64,000 nucleotides of DNA from contig CM121341.1 of the NCBI GenBank assembly GCA_051530055.1, positions 17,648,784 to 17,712,783 on the forward strand, read 5' to 3'. Positions 50,519-61,542 of the stretch are shown in pieces (the stretch's first letter is position 1; every line of letters starts with the position of its first letter). The notes beneath the pieces are model-generated. The model ran no database searches. It was given only the letters and a program-made list of their open reading frames with translations, and had not been told where the DNA came from. Both the position numbers and the translations under genes were made by a program. Origin of the DNA: Neoechinorhynchus agilis. Taxonomy: Eukaryota; Animalia; Acanthocephala.

Positions 50519-51532
50519 TCATGGTTTTCGTTTGACTACCAGATTTCCGTGCGATGAAAGTGCATTCTTGATTCTGTATCGAATCCTTTTTGATTGTAGG
50601 AACATTACATAAAATTTCATACAGTGATTTGACACTAGAAAATGGATCAATACGCTGTTAATAAACAGACAGAAAGCTCCCTGAAAACACGAAGTTTCGT
50701 GCTCGTTGACCATTGGCGTAATGATTTGCAATACGGCGAAAGGTGTTGTTGAGACGAGATGGTACAAAGAAATCAGAAACAGATTTCTGATTGATCGCCT
50801 GGCTTTGACTTGATGGTTGCTTCTGGATAAATGTCCGCTAGATTTAATTTTCCGATAAAGGGATATCGAACAAATAGTCACTCCGGCCATCGGGACAATG
50901 GTACAAAATCCGTAAAAGAAAATAGGAAATGCGAATCTGAACCAGGCAATGGTGTCCTTGGGTAGAGCACATGGCGTAGCACCCAATCTATAATGCCCAG
51001 GTTGGTACGGCACGAAGAGACGACCGAACGGAATAATAGAAACGACGAGCAATAGAATTACTGAACAGACTATCCAGGCACTACGCTTTTTCAACAACCA
51101 TCGATTTTGTCCGTTTCCCGTGACGCCGACGAGTCGATCGACATTTGCAGCCAAAAGTAGGTAGTTTGAGACGATCATGGTGCCAATCAGGGATATAACA
51201 ATGTATCGGCAAGTGTCCTTGATACCAGCATTTAAAATCTTCGTATAGTGTAACCATCTGTGGATGAGATTGCTCAAAAAAAGACTGTCCAAAAGAGCTA
51301 TTGCTTTTAAGTAAATGGAGAATGAAAAGTCGTGGTAAAGAGACGAGCGCATTGTCTGGAACAATAAGAAATTTCCTATTAGTCCGATTGTGACCCAAAC
51401 TGGAAATAGAATTGTTCGAGACCAGTTCGCGATTAATACCAATGTTCCGGCGGCTCCACTGTTGCACTTAAAAATCTCGCCTATTCGAATGGGCGGATTT
51501 GCGAACGTAGTTTGCGAACTTGATTGTTCCAT
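50519..51532 (-). CDS. Class A (rhodopsin-like) GPCR, peptide-receptor-like, single exon
   Basis: Seven hydrophobic segments, GLIGN in TM1, LALLD-like motif in TM2 (IALLDS), DRL in place of DRY, W in TM4, TTPF in TM6 and NHCMKFY in TM7. Confidence 0.88.
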   Translation of the reverse strand: MEQSSSQTTFANPPIRIGEIFKCNSGAAGTLVLIANWSRTILFPVWVTIGLIGNFLLFQTMRSSLYHDFSFSIYLKAIALLDSLFLSNLIHRWLHYTKILNAGIKDTCRYIVISLIGTMIVSNYLLLAANVDRLVGVTGNGQNRWLLKKRSAWIVCSVILLLVVSIIPFGRLFVPYQPGHYRLGATPCALPKDTIAWFRFAFPIFFYGFCTIVPMAGVTICSISLYRKIKSSGHLSRSNHQVKARRSIRNLFLISLYHLVSTTPFAVLQIITPMVNEHETSCFQGAFCLFINSVLIHFLVSNHCMKFYVMFLQSKRIRYRIKNALSSHGNLVVKRKP

Positions 51533-52193
51533 TTATGAATTTATCGAATCAGTAAAGTATCGAATGCAGACTAAAATATTCTTCGCACTGATTAGGTAAT
51601 CAGAGACAGATTCAGACTTGAGGAAAATGAAGCCGGCCGATCAGATATATACTTACTGATTGTAATGAGGTAGTTGGAACATATCACGTTCAGCATAATA
51701 TTTTGATGGCAATTCTTGTTAAGACTATAGGAGTTTAGTTGTGTTATTAATAAATCAATTTCTTTGCACGTTCGGAATCCCTTGGAACACGTAAAATTAT
51801 CTTATAAGAAGCGCAAAATGAAACGTGAATATAACGAGTAGATGCTGAAATTTAGAGTAAAGTGATATTTTCTCATCGAATTTGGGTCTCTGTGTGAGAA
51901 TTCTACATTTAGGTTTTAAACTATGATATTTAGATAAAATCCAAATCTTTATAAACGACATCATACTTTTCTTCCAATTGAGACAGTCAGTAAAAGTGTT
52001 AAAGTACAAAACGTGCAATCACCACCGCCCACAAAATTGGAGCTTCTCTCCCTCCTCGGCTGTCGCTATCACGCTAGCAGCATTGCCTCGTTGTACTGCA
52101 AGCGAGATATTTTATCCCAGGAATACACCTGCTCTTTGTAAAGATATAATCCATTGTTTGTAAAAAGAAGGGAAGTAGTACAAATAATATTTT

Positions 52194-52235
52194 ATTGAAA
52201 TATTTCTACGCTCGCGTGGGTCTTCTTCAGTCAAT
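52194..52235 (-). ncRNA. Minimal hammerhead ribozyme in the inverted Penelope arm
   Basis: Mirror of 55566-55607, with the stem II region GACCCACGCGAGCGTA (two substitutions). Confidence 0.6.
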
Positions 52236-53254
52236 CTGAAAAAGGTCAGGGTTTTTTGCGATCGCTTTTCCACTCCCCCTTATCTGGCGGTATTCTGAGT
52301 TTCAGTTTGCAGTCCGCTTTGTTACCCTCGAAAGTTGGAAGGTATTTGATGCAACTGGCTTCCATCACCAGTCGTCCGAATCGATCCTGATTACGTGACA
52401 ACACCTTTGTGTTGTTGAAATCGATTCGATGACCAATTTTATATGACATGCGTGACTACTGCTGAGCTAAGATCCTTCTTTTTGCTAACTGCACATTTGT
52501 GTTCTCGGATTCGTCTGTCGATATTAATAGTTTGTCCGACATACACTTCGTCGCAGTCCATGCAAGGGATCTTATAGACCGACTCAGGTCGTGGCTCCGT
52601 TTTTATATTTGAGATGATCGTATTCAAAGTTCCACCTCTCCTGCAAAAAACTTCGATCGCCAACTCGTCATTCGCATACTTGATTATCCTTTTCATGTTC
52701 CTAAATGAAACTTCATCAAGGAAAGGTACTTCGAGAAAAATCTTCTCCTTTTTAATAGTTGGCGATTTTCCGAAACTGTATTTGACATCTTTGAGGCACT
52801 TCTCCACTAGGTGTAGGGGATATCCCAGCGACCCCGACTTTTCGATGATATATTTGATCTCCTCATTTCGTATGTGCTCATTACTACAATGTGTGAAGGC
52901 TCTATAAAACAAGGGTCTTACTCTAGACACCTTGTACATCTGAGGTTGCATGGTATTCCACGGTACGAAACCGTTTGGGACTCCTCGTTTTCTGTATACA
53001 CTTGTCGTGTAAAGTAATCCAATCCGTTGGATAGAAACGTCAAGAAATGAAAAATGATCATGTTCCTCAACCTCCATCGTCCACCGGATGTTCATGTCTT
53101 TTATGTTGAGTTGTTTATGGAGATCTGCAGGCGTCACGAGAGATGGATCCATCAAAATGAACGTGTCGTCGACGTATCTGGTCCAGAATACGATACCAGG
53201 AATGGAATTTAAGAAATCCAATTCCCATTGTCTCATGTATACCTCCGCTAAGAC

Positions 53255-55363
53255 ATGAGCAAGAGGACTTTGGCTGTGGATTTTTTGAGGGCTTGCAAGA
53301 TTTATGGTATTTTCCGTAGGTTTATGGATCTGAATTCACCAGCACTCGGATTCTGCAATTCATGGCAACGTAAACATATGATGGATAGATTGCTGGATAA
53401 AACGATCTATTCTATGAGCAAAAAATCGAGACACATAGCTAAGCAGTTCGACAGATGTCTTGAAGTAATGAGAGAACGTGTGGGCTTAGAGTATTGTCAA
53501 ATCTTGGAATTCGTTTTGACAGAAAGCAAGAGTATTGAAGAAAAGAATATCTACATTCGACACAATCGAAAACTTACTGCCTTGACTAACAATCGTATAT
53601 ATATCGCCTCAGATCACAAGGATGATGTTTATAACATTTCCAACATCATACTGCCGAACGAAGTCTTGGAACTCCTGAGCTATGGCCCGGACTATGTTCC
53701 GTATGCCCCTACAAAAAAGCATGAATATAGAATCAAACTGGAAAAACCTGCAACTCAAGTTGAGTACAGTAAGATAAACTTACCTTCGTGGAGAATTGAA
53801 CGATATTATGACTCGGTTTTCAAAAACCAACATATAAGTTCTAACGTTTCTCCAAGAATTCAACGTGGAAAAGATAGATTTAAGAAGATAAAGGGAATGG
53901 TGTTGGTCAAGATAGACAAGGGCTATGGGTATTGCGTTACGAATGAAGAGCAATATAGAAGAGCTGGTCTTGATATCTTAAATGGCGATGAATTTATTGA
54001 ACTAAAAAGATGTCCAACCGAAAGCCAAGAAATGGAGTTCAATAGGTTTATTCTGGGATTGAGTAAGCAAGACAAACTTCCTCAACAGGAATACAAGAGT
54101 CTTCGCTCTAACAATACATTGACACCAAGAATGTACATACTTGCTAAAGTACATAAAGATCCAGTCAAATTTTGTCCCATAGTTGCAGCTCATTCCACCT
54201 TTTGCACTGCTATATCTCGACAGATAGCTAGTATGCTCCGCAGTACATTAGAAAGTTCTGTTCACGGTGTGATGAATGGAAGGGACTTTATTACAAGACT
54301 TCGATCGGAATGGAAACCAAACTGTAAAATGGTTTCAGCTGATGTGACTTCACTTTTCACGAAAATCCCGATCAATCGAACAACTGAGTTGGCCATTCCG
54401 CTTCTCCTTCTAAACAATGAATGGAAGCTAACCAAGACCGACTGGAATAGGCTCTTAGAGTTCTGTACCAAGTACGTCAATTTCCAGTTCGACGGAAGGG
54501 ATTTCCAACAGAAAAATGGAGTGGCGATGGGAAGTCCTCTTGCTCATGTCTTAGCGGAGGTATACATGAGACAATGGGAATCGGATTTCTTAAATTCCAT
54601 TCCCGGTATCGTAGTCTGGACCAGATACGTCGACGACACGTTCATTTTGATGGATCCATCTCTCGTGACGCCTGCACATCTCCATAAACAACTCAACACA
54701 AAAGACATGAACATCCGGTGGACGATGGAGGTTGAGGAACATGGTCATTTTTCATTTCTTGACGTTTCTATCCAACGGAGTGGATTACTTTACACGACAA
54801 GTGTATACAGAAAACGAGGAGTCCCAAACGGTTTCGTACCGTGGAATACCATGCAACCTCAGATGTACAAGGTGTCTAGAGTAAGACCCTTGTTTTATAG
54901 AGCCTTCACACATTGTAGTAATGAGCACATACGAAATGAGGAGATCAAATATATCATCGAAAAGTCGGGGTCGCTGGGATATCCCCTACACCTAGTGGAG
55001 AAGTGCCTCAAAGATGTCAAATACAGTTTCGGAAAATCGCCAACTATTAAAAAGGAGAAGATTTTTCTCGAAGTACCTTTCCTTGATGAAGTTTCATTTA
55101 GGAACATGAAAAGGACAATCAAGTATGCTAATGACGAGTTGGCGATCGAAGTTTTTTGCAGGAGAGGTGGAACTTTGAATACGATCATCTCAAATATAAA
55201 AACGGAGCCACGACCTGAGTCGGTCTATAAGATCCCTTGCATGGACTGCGACGAAGTGTATGTCGGACAAACTATTAATATCGACAGACGAATCCGAGAA
55301 CACAAATGTGCAGTTAGCAAAAAGAAGGATCTTAGCTCAGCAGTAGTCACGCATGTCATATAA
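53255..55363 (+). CDS. Penelope RT plus GIY-YIG endonuclease ORF (5'-truncated, C-terminal frameshift)
   Basis: VSADVTSLFT, GVAMGSPLAHVLAEVYM, RYVDDTF, VYKIPCMDC..VYVGQT..RRIREH. The motif GHRIDFNNTKVL...EASCI follows in a shifted frame. Confidence 0.92.
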   Translation: MSKRTLAVDFLRACKIYGIFRRFMDLNSPALGFCNSWQRKHMMDRLLDKTIYSMSKKSRHIAKQFDRCLEVMRERVGLEYCQILEFVLTESKSIEEKNIYIRHNRKLTALTNNRIYIASDHKDDVYNISNIILPNEVLELLSYGPDYVPYAPTKKHEYRIKLEKPATQVEYSKINLPSWRIERYYDSVFKNQHISSNVSPRIQRGKDRFKKIKGMVLVKIDKGYGYCVTNEEQYRRAGLDILNGDEFIELKRCPTESQEMEFNRFILGLSKQDKLPQQEYKSLRSNNTLTPRMYILAKVHKDPVKFCPIVAAHSTFCTAISRQIASMLRSTLESSVHGVMNGRDFITRLRSEWKPNCKMVSADVTSLFTKIPINRTTELAIPLLLLNNEWKLTKTDWNRLLEFCTKYVNFQFDGRDFQQKNGVAMGSPLAHVLAEVYMRQWESDFLNSIPGIVVWTRYVDDTFILMDPSLVTPAHLHKQLNTKDMNIRWTMEVEEHGHFSFLDVSIQRSGLLYTTSVYRKRGVPNGFVPWNTMQPQMYKVSRVRPLFYRAFTHCSNEHIRNEEIKYIIEKSGSLGYPLHLVEKCLKDVKYSFGKSPTIKKEKIFLEVPFLDEVSFRNMKRTIKYANDELAIEVFCRRGGTLNTIISNIKTEPRPESVYKIPCMDCDEVYVGQTINIDRRIREHKCAVSKKKDLSSAVVTHVI

Positions 55364-55565
55364 AATTGGTCATCGAATCGATTTCAACAACACAAAGGTG
55401 TTGTCACGTAATCAGGATCGATTCGGACGACTGGTGATGGAAGCCAGTTGCATCAAATACCTTCCAACTTTCGAAGGTAACAAAGCGGACTACAAACTGA
55501 AACTCAGAATACCGCCAGATTAGGGGGAGTGGAAAAGCGATCGCAAAAAACCCTGACCTTTTCAG

Positions 55566-55607
55566 ATTGACTGAAGAAGACCCACGTGAGGGTAGAAATA
55601 TTTCAAT
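55566..55607 (+). ncRNA. Minimal hammerhead ribozyme in the Penelope 3' end
   Basis: ATTGA-CTGAAGA-A-GACCC-ACGTGA-GGGTA-GAAA-TAT-T-TCAAT: stem I ATTGA/TCAAT and palindromic GAAATATTTC; G-A mismatch at the base of stem II. Confidence 0.7.
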
Positions 55608-56126
55608 AAAATATTATTTGTACTACTTCCCTTCTTTTTACATACACCTGCTCGTGCGTCGCAGTCGTTATCGTTATTAAAAAAGCATTGATCATTGAGC
55701 AGCAGCTGAGTTAAGACTGGAGTCATTTTCAATTGATAGATTCAAATTTTTTTATAACCACGTCCTTGTCCTAAATTATGCTACTATTTATTTCCATCTA
55801 TTGATTTCAAGGATTATCGAACTAAACTGTTTAAAAGCTTTTAAATGAACTTAAAATCGTTCATTCCCTGGTTTAATGTTTGTATAGAAATGATATGATT
55901 AAACACCATAAAAGTGATTACGGTTTGTTCCAATGACTTTCAATGAATGTATTGCGACAACTGCATACAAACTATTGATGTGAACGTATAATAAAGAATA
56001 TTCTGATCACAAGTACAGCACATGCAAACTAGAGAATGCAATTATTACAAGATTGAACTTGGTAAAGAGTTTCATAACTAGTGATTTTTAACATCTTATG
56101 GGTGGCTCAGTCGGTAGCTTTTCTGC

Positions 56127-56494
56127 CGAGAAGTGTAAGATGAGGATTTTTTACCATAAAGGGTGAAATATGGACACATAGCCTACAAGCTTATACTACG
56201 GTAATTTGGTGAATTTGCTTATTCCGTAGATGTGCTGAGATGGTTGATCCCAGTTTTAGTCAAAAGGTTCGGATCCATTACCGTAGATGAATCATAACCA
56301 AAGGGCGCCAAATACCGCTGAAAGGAGGAGGAGGAAACTCATTGATGAGTCCCTCCCCCTCGGGGAATATCTGAGAATCTAGAGGAATGCGTACAAACTC
56401 ATTTGGTCACGGCATTGAGCGCAGACCAGCGCTTCCCTGATCCAGATCCGTGGTCTGTGTGTATGGCAAAAAAATCCTCATCTTACACTTCTCG
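56127..56494. mobile_element. MITE-like element, 368 bp
   Basis: Terminal inverted repeats of about 32 bp (CGAGAAGTGTAAGATGAGGATTTTTT perfect for 26 bp) at 56127-56158 and 56462-56494. No clear TSD. Confidence 0.7.
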
Positions 56495-57636
56495 ATAAAT
56501 TAATAGTGAATGTGTTTATTATGTTTTAAATTAATAAAACCGCACAACTAAAGTCGTTTGAAAAAGCGAACTAAAGGTGATTGTTAGGGATTCGAAAATA
56601 AAACATAATGGAACAAAGGAGTTGGATTTCCGTAGCGCTGAATCAGACTGCTTGCTGCTGAGTTTTAGGTTAAATACAGCTAACACTGACTAAAAAACGT
56701 AATCATTGGCTCACCTTTGAAACGTCATAGTCGTTCCTAAATAGATTTAAGCTGAATCTTAAAATCCTAAACCAAGCGATTGAGTTCAATTTCCACTTAA
56801 GCTATTTTTTGTTGCACTTATAAATTTTTACAATGTAAATTTGATAGTAATGTATTTTCCCAACTCAAAGTTAAAGAATTTCATAATTTTGCTAGATTTA
56901 ACAATTTTAGTTCATATTTTTCAATATTGCGAATCAAATAAAACCTGCGTTCCTTTAAGATCAGCGCCAAGGAAAATTCCCATGATTAAGGGAAGCGATT
57001 AACTCCAAGAAGCAGGCACGAATAAATATACACTTATCATTAGTTAGCCTTGCAGTCGTAAGGAATTTTTCACCCCACGGTACTTCATTCTTTGCCTTCC
57101 CTTTTCAATGAATGTGCTGAAATAGTGTCGACATATCAGCATTTATAATTTAATTCTAAGGAAGTAATTACGAAATTTATGAAAGCGTATAGTATAGGTC
57201 CCTTTTTATCTGCAACCTATTAGTTGAGTTAGCCAAGGGTAAAATTCGAGAATGTCACTATTTTTTCTTTAGAACTGGGTTAAATTTCACTCTGCAACCT
57301 TTAATCGTAGCGTTACAGGCCAAACAGTCTTTCATTATAGACATAAGCTATCTTGATATAACACGAGAAAGCTGTGAAAATCGAAATATTTAAATATAAT
57401 AAATTGGTTTCGAAATCTTTTAGAATTTGCATGTACAAAGAAGTTCACACAAGCTTATCTTCGTTATTGTACGAATTTAATCCTATTCCCTATCAGCTGT
57501 ATTTCTCTAGATTTTAGCGACTTGTACGAAATTAGAGCCTTATTGCATTTCTCTTCTTTTAATTCAAAATAATTCTAAAAACCTACTCTAAGTCATTTCC
57601 GACGTGGACGTATGAAAGGATTAAAAATGCTACTGA

Positions 57637-58899
57637 AAAACCATCATCATCAACCTGCTCATCAGAAAATGTTTTCTTTTCTTTTAACATTTGCCCTCTG
57701 AGGCGATAAATCGCCATTTTCGTCATTGGGCTTTTGCTCAGTGCCACAAACTTACTGTAAATTTATCTAACCGACTAGATCTGTAGCGAAAATAAACGTT
57801 GGTCATTTTCACTTCGAAATCGACTAAATTTACGAAACTTTTTAGGTTGTGACTAGAGACGCGACGAAATGAACGTTTAGTTTGCGTTGTTCAACATTTG
57901 TCAAGCAGAAGTTTCGATTTGTTGGTTATCGATGAATTTTTATAATGAGATTAATGTTTGTTTTTATCCCAAGCAATGATTAAGTTAAAGTCTCATGCTA
58001 AAATTTTAAACATTGTTCTAGTTTTTACCAAAATTCGTAAAGTTTAATGCTGGTTTATCGGGCTTCCTCAAGTTTAAAAATTGCTTTGTTCAATTCTAAA
58101 AGTTGTTTAAAGAAATTTCAACGTCGTCTTTGAAAAGAACAGAGCGGCGCTTTTGGTCTCAGCAAAAGTTTCTAGATTTCATAAACGGCATTGCATTTAT
58201 GTTTAATCACTCGGATAGCTGATTCCATCGAAATTCATTGAAAATTTCGAAACGAACTTGTGTACAGATTCTCACATTCGTTCACTTTATAGAGAGCGAC
58301 GCAAATCTTTTAAAATTTTAAATTAACCATCAGACCCGGAAATGTACATCAAGTAAGTAATTCGATCTGTTAAAGCGCCGTCTATCACATAAATTCGTTT
58401 TTGGAGCATTTATGAGGTTCCGTGAATTTGATTATTCAGTCAAAATGATGTTCCTGAAATGCGTAAATAGTATTTGCGAATTTAGTTCTATTTATGGGCG
58501 GAATATTTTGCAGAAAAGACAATCTTAATGAACTTTTTTGCACTTCTCAAGAACATCGCCGAATTTTTTTGATTTCCGTTTCCCTTGAACAAGTGCATTT
58601 CAGAAGTAATAAAGAATAAAAACTATCATCATCAACCTGCTCATCGAATAAAGTTATCTTTTCTTTTATTATTGGCCCTCTGAGGCGATAAATCACCATT
58701 TTCGTCATCGGGCTTTGACACAATGCCACAAACTTACTGTAAATTAATCTAATCGACTAGATCTGTAGCGAAGTTGGATGTTGGTCATTTTCACTTAGAA
58801 ATCGACTAAATTGACGAAACTTTTTAGGTGGTGACTAGCGACGCGACGAAATGAACACACAGTTTGCGTTGTTCAACGTTTGTCCAACAGAAGTTCCGG
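57637..58899. repeat. Pair of diverged direct repeats of about 280 bp (57637-57916 and 58619-58899)
   Basis: Shared blocks such as CATCATCAACCTGCTCATC, CCCTCTGAGGCGATAAATC, GCCACAAACTTACTGTAAATT and GACGCGACGAAATGAAC. Confidence 0.85.
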
Positions 58900-59929
58900 T
58901 TTATCATGTTTATTTTTAAAGCAATCAAACTGATGTCATATTTCTTGTTTGTATTCTTAACGAATAAGCAACAACGTATCCTTCAAAAGTATACCATCAA
59001 TATCAAGTGTTTATCTCTTGCAAACAAAATCTTTCTATACTTCCAACCATTGATTAGTAATCAGTGTTTCCCATAAATAGTTTATGTTCGTAATATTGTA
59101 GTTAATATTTGGCAACAAATCCATAATTTTACCAGCCTTTGAAGCTTAAATTTAATTCATATGTTTTACTAAAACATTAGTCGCTCAATCATTGAATTCT
59201 TATCCCCCATTCAACTCTACAATACAAAAATCTGAATGATTAGAAATCATTTCATATAATATGTTCATCCCAGCACACATTACTCGCTGATGTGACCAAT
59301 TCCGAAGCATTTTATAAAAGTTGACTTTTAACTGTTATCATAAATTCAAATATTACCGCTAGATCACCTTCAAATAAACTCAGCTCCAGCGTATTTTATG
59401 CTTAATACTTTAAATCGATAGAACTCAGTAAAATGTGGCAACAAATATTTCCTTGATGGGTTTATTGAAATGCCAAATTATTCCTTAAATACATTTAGAG
59501 ATTCAATTCGTATGCACTATCAAGTCCATCAATTATGTGCATCCGATTCCAAATCTAAAACAAATCGAACTGATTATTTTTTAACACAACGCAATCTCGA
59601 TCACTGGAAAATGCACAAAAAACGATTTTCCAATCATTTTCATAAAGAAGATCCCATTTGATTTAAGGTAACGAACCAAAAGAAATATTTTCTTGACACG
59701 ACACTTTGGATACCATTATTAAATATAAGTTTGTTTGCGCTCTCTGATCGATGTGAAATCGAAATTAATATGAAGTAATTCTGTTGCAGTTACAAATTGC
59801 GATTTTGTAAGCAAAATAACTGTATAACTTTATATACATCTCTTTCCTGTATTCTCGCTGTAATAAGTTAGCAGTGTCGATGGTCAACAATATAATTGAG
59901 TTATTTCTTCGCAATGAACGGGGCACGTT

Positions 59930-61250
59930 TCTCGCTTCGCTCGGAACCTGGATGCTAGACCACAAGATGAAAACGGAAACTTGTCTGCCCAAAACGAACC
60001 AAGTGAAGAGAACAACGTCAATGTGATTGTTTCATCTTCATCAGCCAAGGGACCACACGATCGAGCTTCTCACCAGGAATCTGTGAGGTTTGTGATGGGA
60101 TTTTCTCCCTGACGAAAAATGGAATTCTTAGGGTTCACGAACCCCGTAAAACTCGCTGCGGCGGTTCCGGTTCACCTCCTAATTTCATTGATGGTGTGCA
60201 CCAAAATCCTATCACATCAGCACAAAATGAAATTCCATTTGTAGGGAATATTGTGAGCGAGTTCTGCCCATGACGTTCTGAAAAGAATCCCAAAGGGCGC
60301 GCGATATCAGTCCGCGACAGACTGCATCAAGACTGACTCAGAGTTGTGGATGCGTCTTTTTGCGTTCCCTAGGATATTGTTTTCCGCTGGTGATGTTTCT
60401 GAGGGCGACTAAGTTCTTTTGACGAAAATTTTAATCAATGTCTTTCGATAGCATACGAGCTATGTAAGGAGTGTATCTAGGAGCGTAGCCACCTCCGAAA
60501 CTCAAATCGGTTGCTTGCTGAACGCGTTTCTTCGAAGCTCGCAGACGGAAATGTCAGAGGAGCAAATCATCTTTTATCATCAATAAACAGTCTCGCCAAA
60601 AAATGACGAAGAAACTTTGGAAGAGTACGTCACTTCCCAACTTATTTGATTACGTGTTACTCCACCGGGGCCCGAAAAACCAAAAGGTAAATCTCCCAGC
60701 CTTCCACGTTAAACACTCTCTTTCTCCCAAATCAGGTAAATAATTATAGCTATACCCCCACTGTAGCTGATCCACACATAGTCTCAACTCTAAACTCGTT
60801 TCTATCATAGCCAATCACTCACCCCAACTCAAATTTTCCCGCAGACCGCACGGTGTTCCAGTGTTTCCGTGGCGAGAAGAAAAATGCCTTCTCTGGGACG
60901 CCACGTTCGTGGGCACGCTCGCAGCGAGCAACATAGAATTCGCTGCTATTAAACCAGGGGGAGCAGCAACCGCCGCTGAGGAACGCAAAAGGACAAAATA
61001 CCACGGCCTAGATCGAAATCATTATTTTGTTCCCTTTGGTGTCGATACGCTCGGGTCGTTTGGTACTGCGGCGCAGCACCTGGTCAAGTAATTGTCTAAG
61101 AGATTGAGACGAATCACTGACGATTCGAGATCAGGAGTATCCCTCCTACAAAACGTAAGTCTGGCTGTGCAACGAGGGAACGCTGAATTCGTCCTTTCGA
61201 CCATTACACCAGGACGGCAGCTTAGTGATCCAGAACGGTGGTGTGAATGA
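59930..61250 (+). mobile_element. Internally deleted CRE-type element (5' part plus RLE 3' part, RT missing)
   Basis: 59930-60630 aligns with the 5' part of the element at 45100-45790. 60845-61250 encodes FPWREEKCLLWDATFVGTLAASN...FVPFGVDT...VQRGNA. Confidence 0.8.
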
Positions 61251-61542
61251 TCTAACGTGTTATGTGTCAATTGAAAAATAATAATTGGGTTTAGTTAAAA
61301 AATTGAAGGGAATGACTTTATTTTGAAAAGCTTAAAACAGTGGCACGATGTCTAATATTTTCGCAAATGATAATTTTAAAAAATGTGCTTTTAAATTTGA
61401 AAAAAAAATAAGATCAAGAATTATTGTTTATTTAGTTTGGCCATGGAGGGTAGATTTTGAATAATTGTTAAAACAACCTACTAATCAGTATAAATAGCAG
61501 TCGTTTATAAGATTCACAGATAGCAATCTGCAGACGTATGCA

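Larger units (their letters stand above)
52159..55642. mobile_element. Penelope-like element with a 1.1-kb inverted 3' copy
   Basis: Arms at 52159-53270 (minus) and 54532-55642 (plus), near-identical. The 12-bp direct repeat ATACACCTGCTC at 52123-52134 and 55642-55653 is a possible TSD. Confidence 0.93.

Noticed and set aside
56100-56118. tRNA gene
   Set aside because: Only an A-box/D-arm-like fragment; no anticodon arm, T arm or B box follows.
56333-56356. Hammerhead candidate GAAACTCATTGATGAGTCC inside the MITE
   Set aside because: The core elements are too close to form stems I and III; it is just a small ACTCA/TGAGT hairpin.
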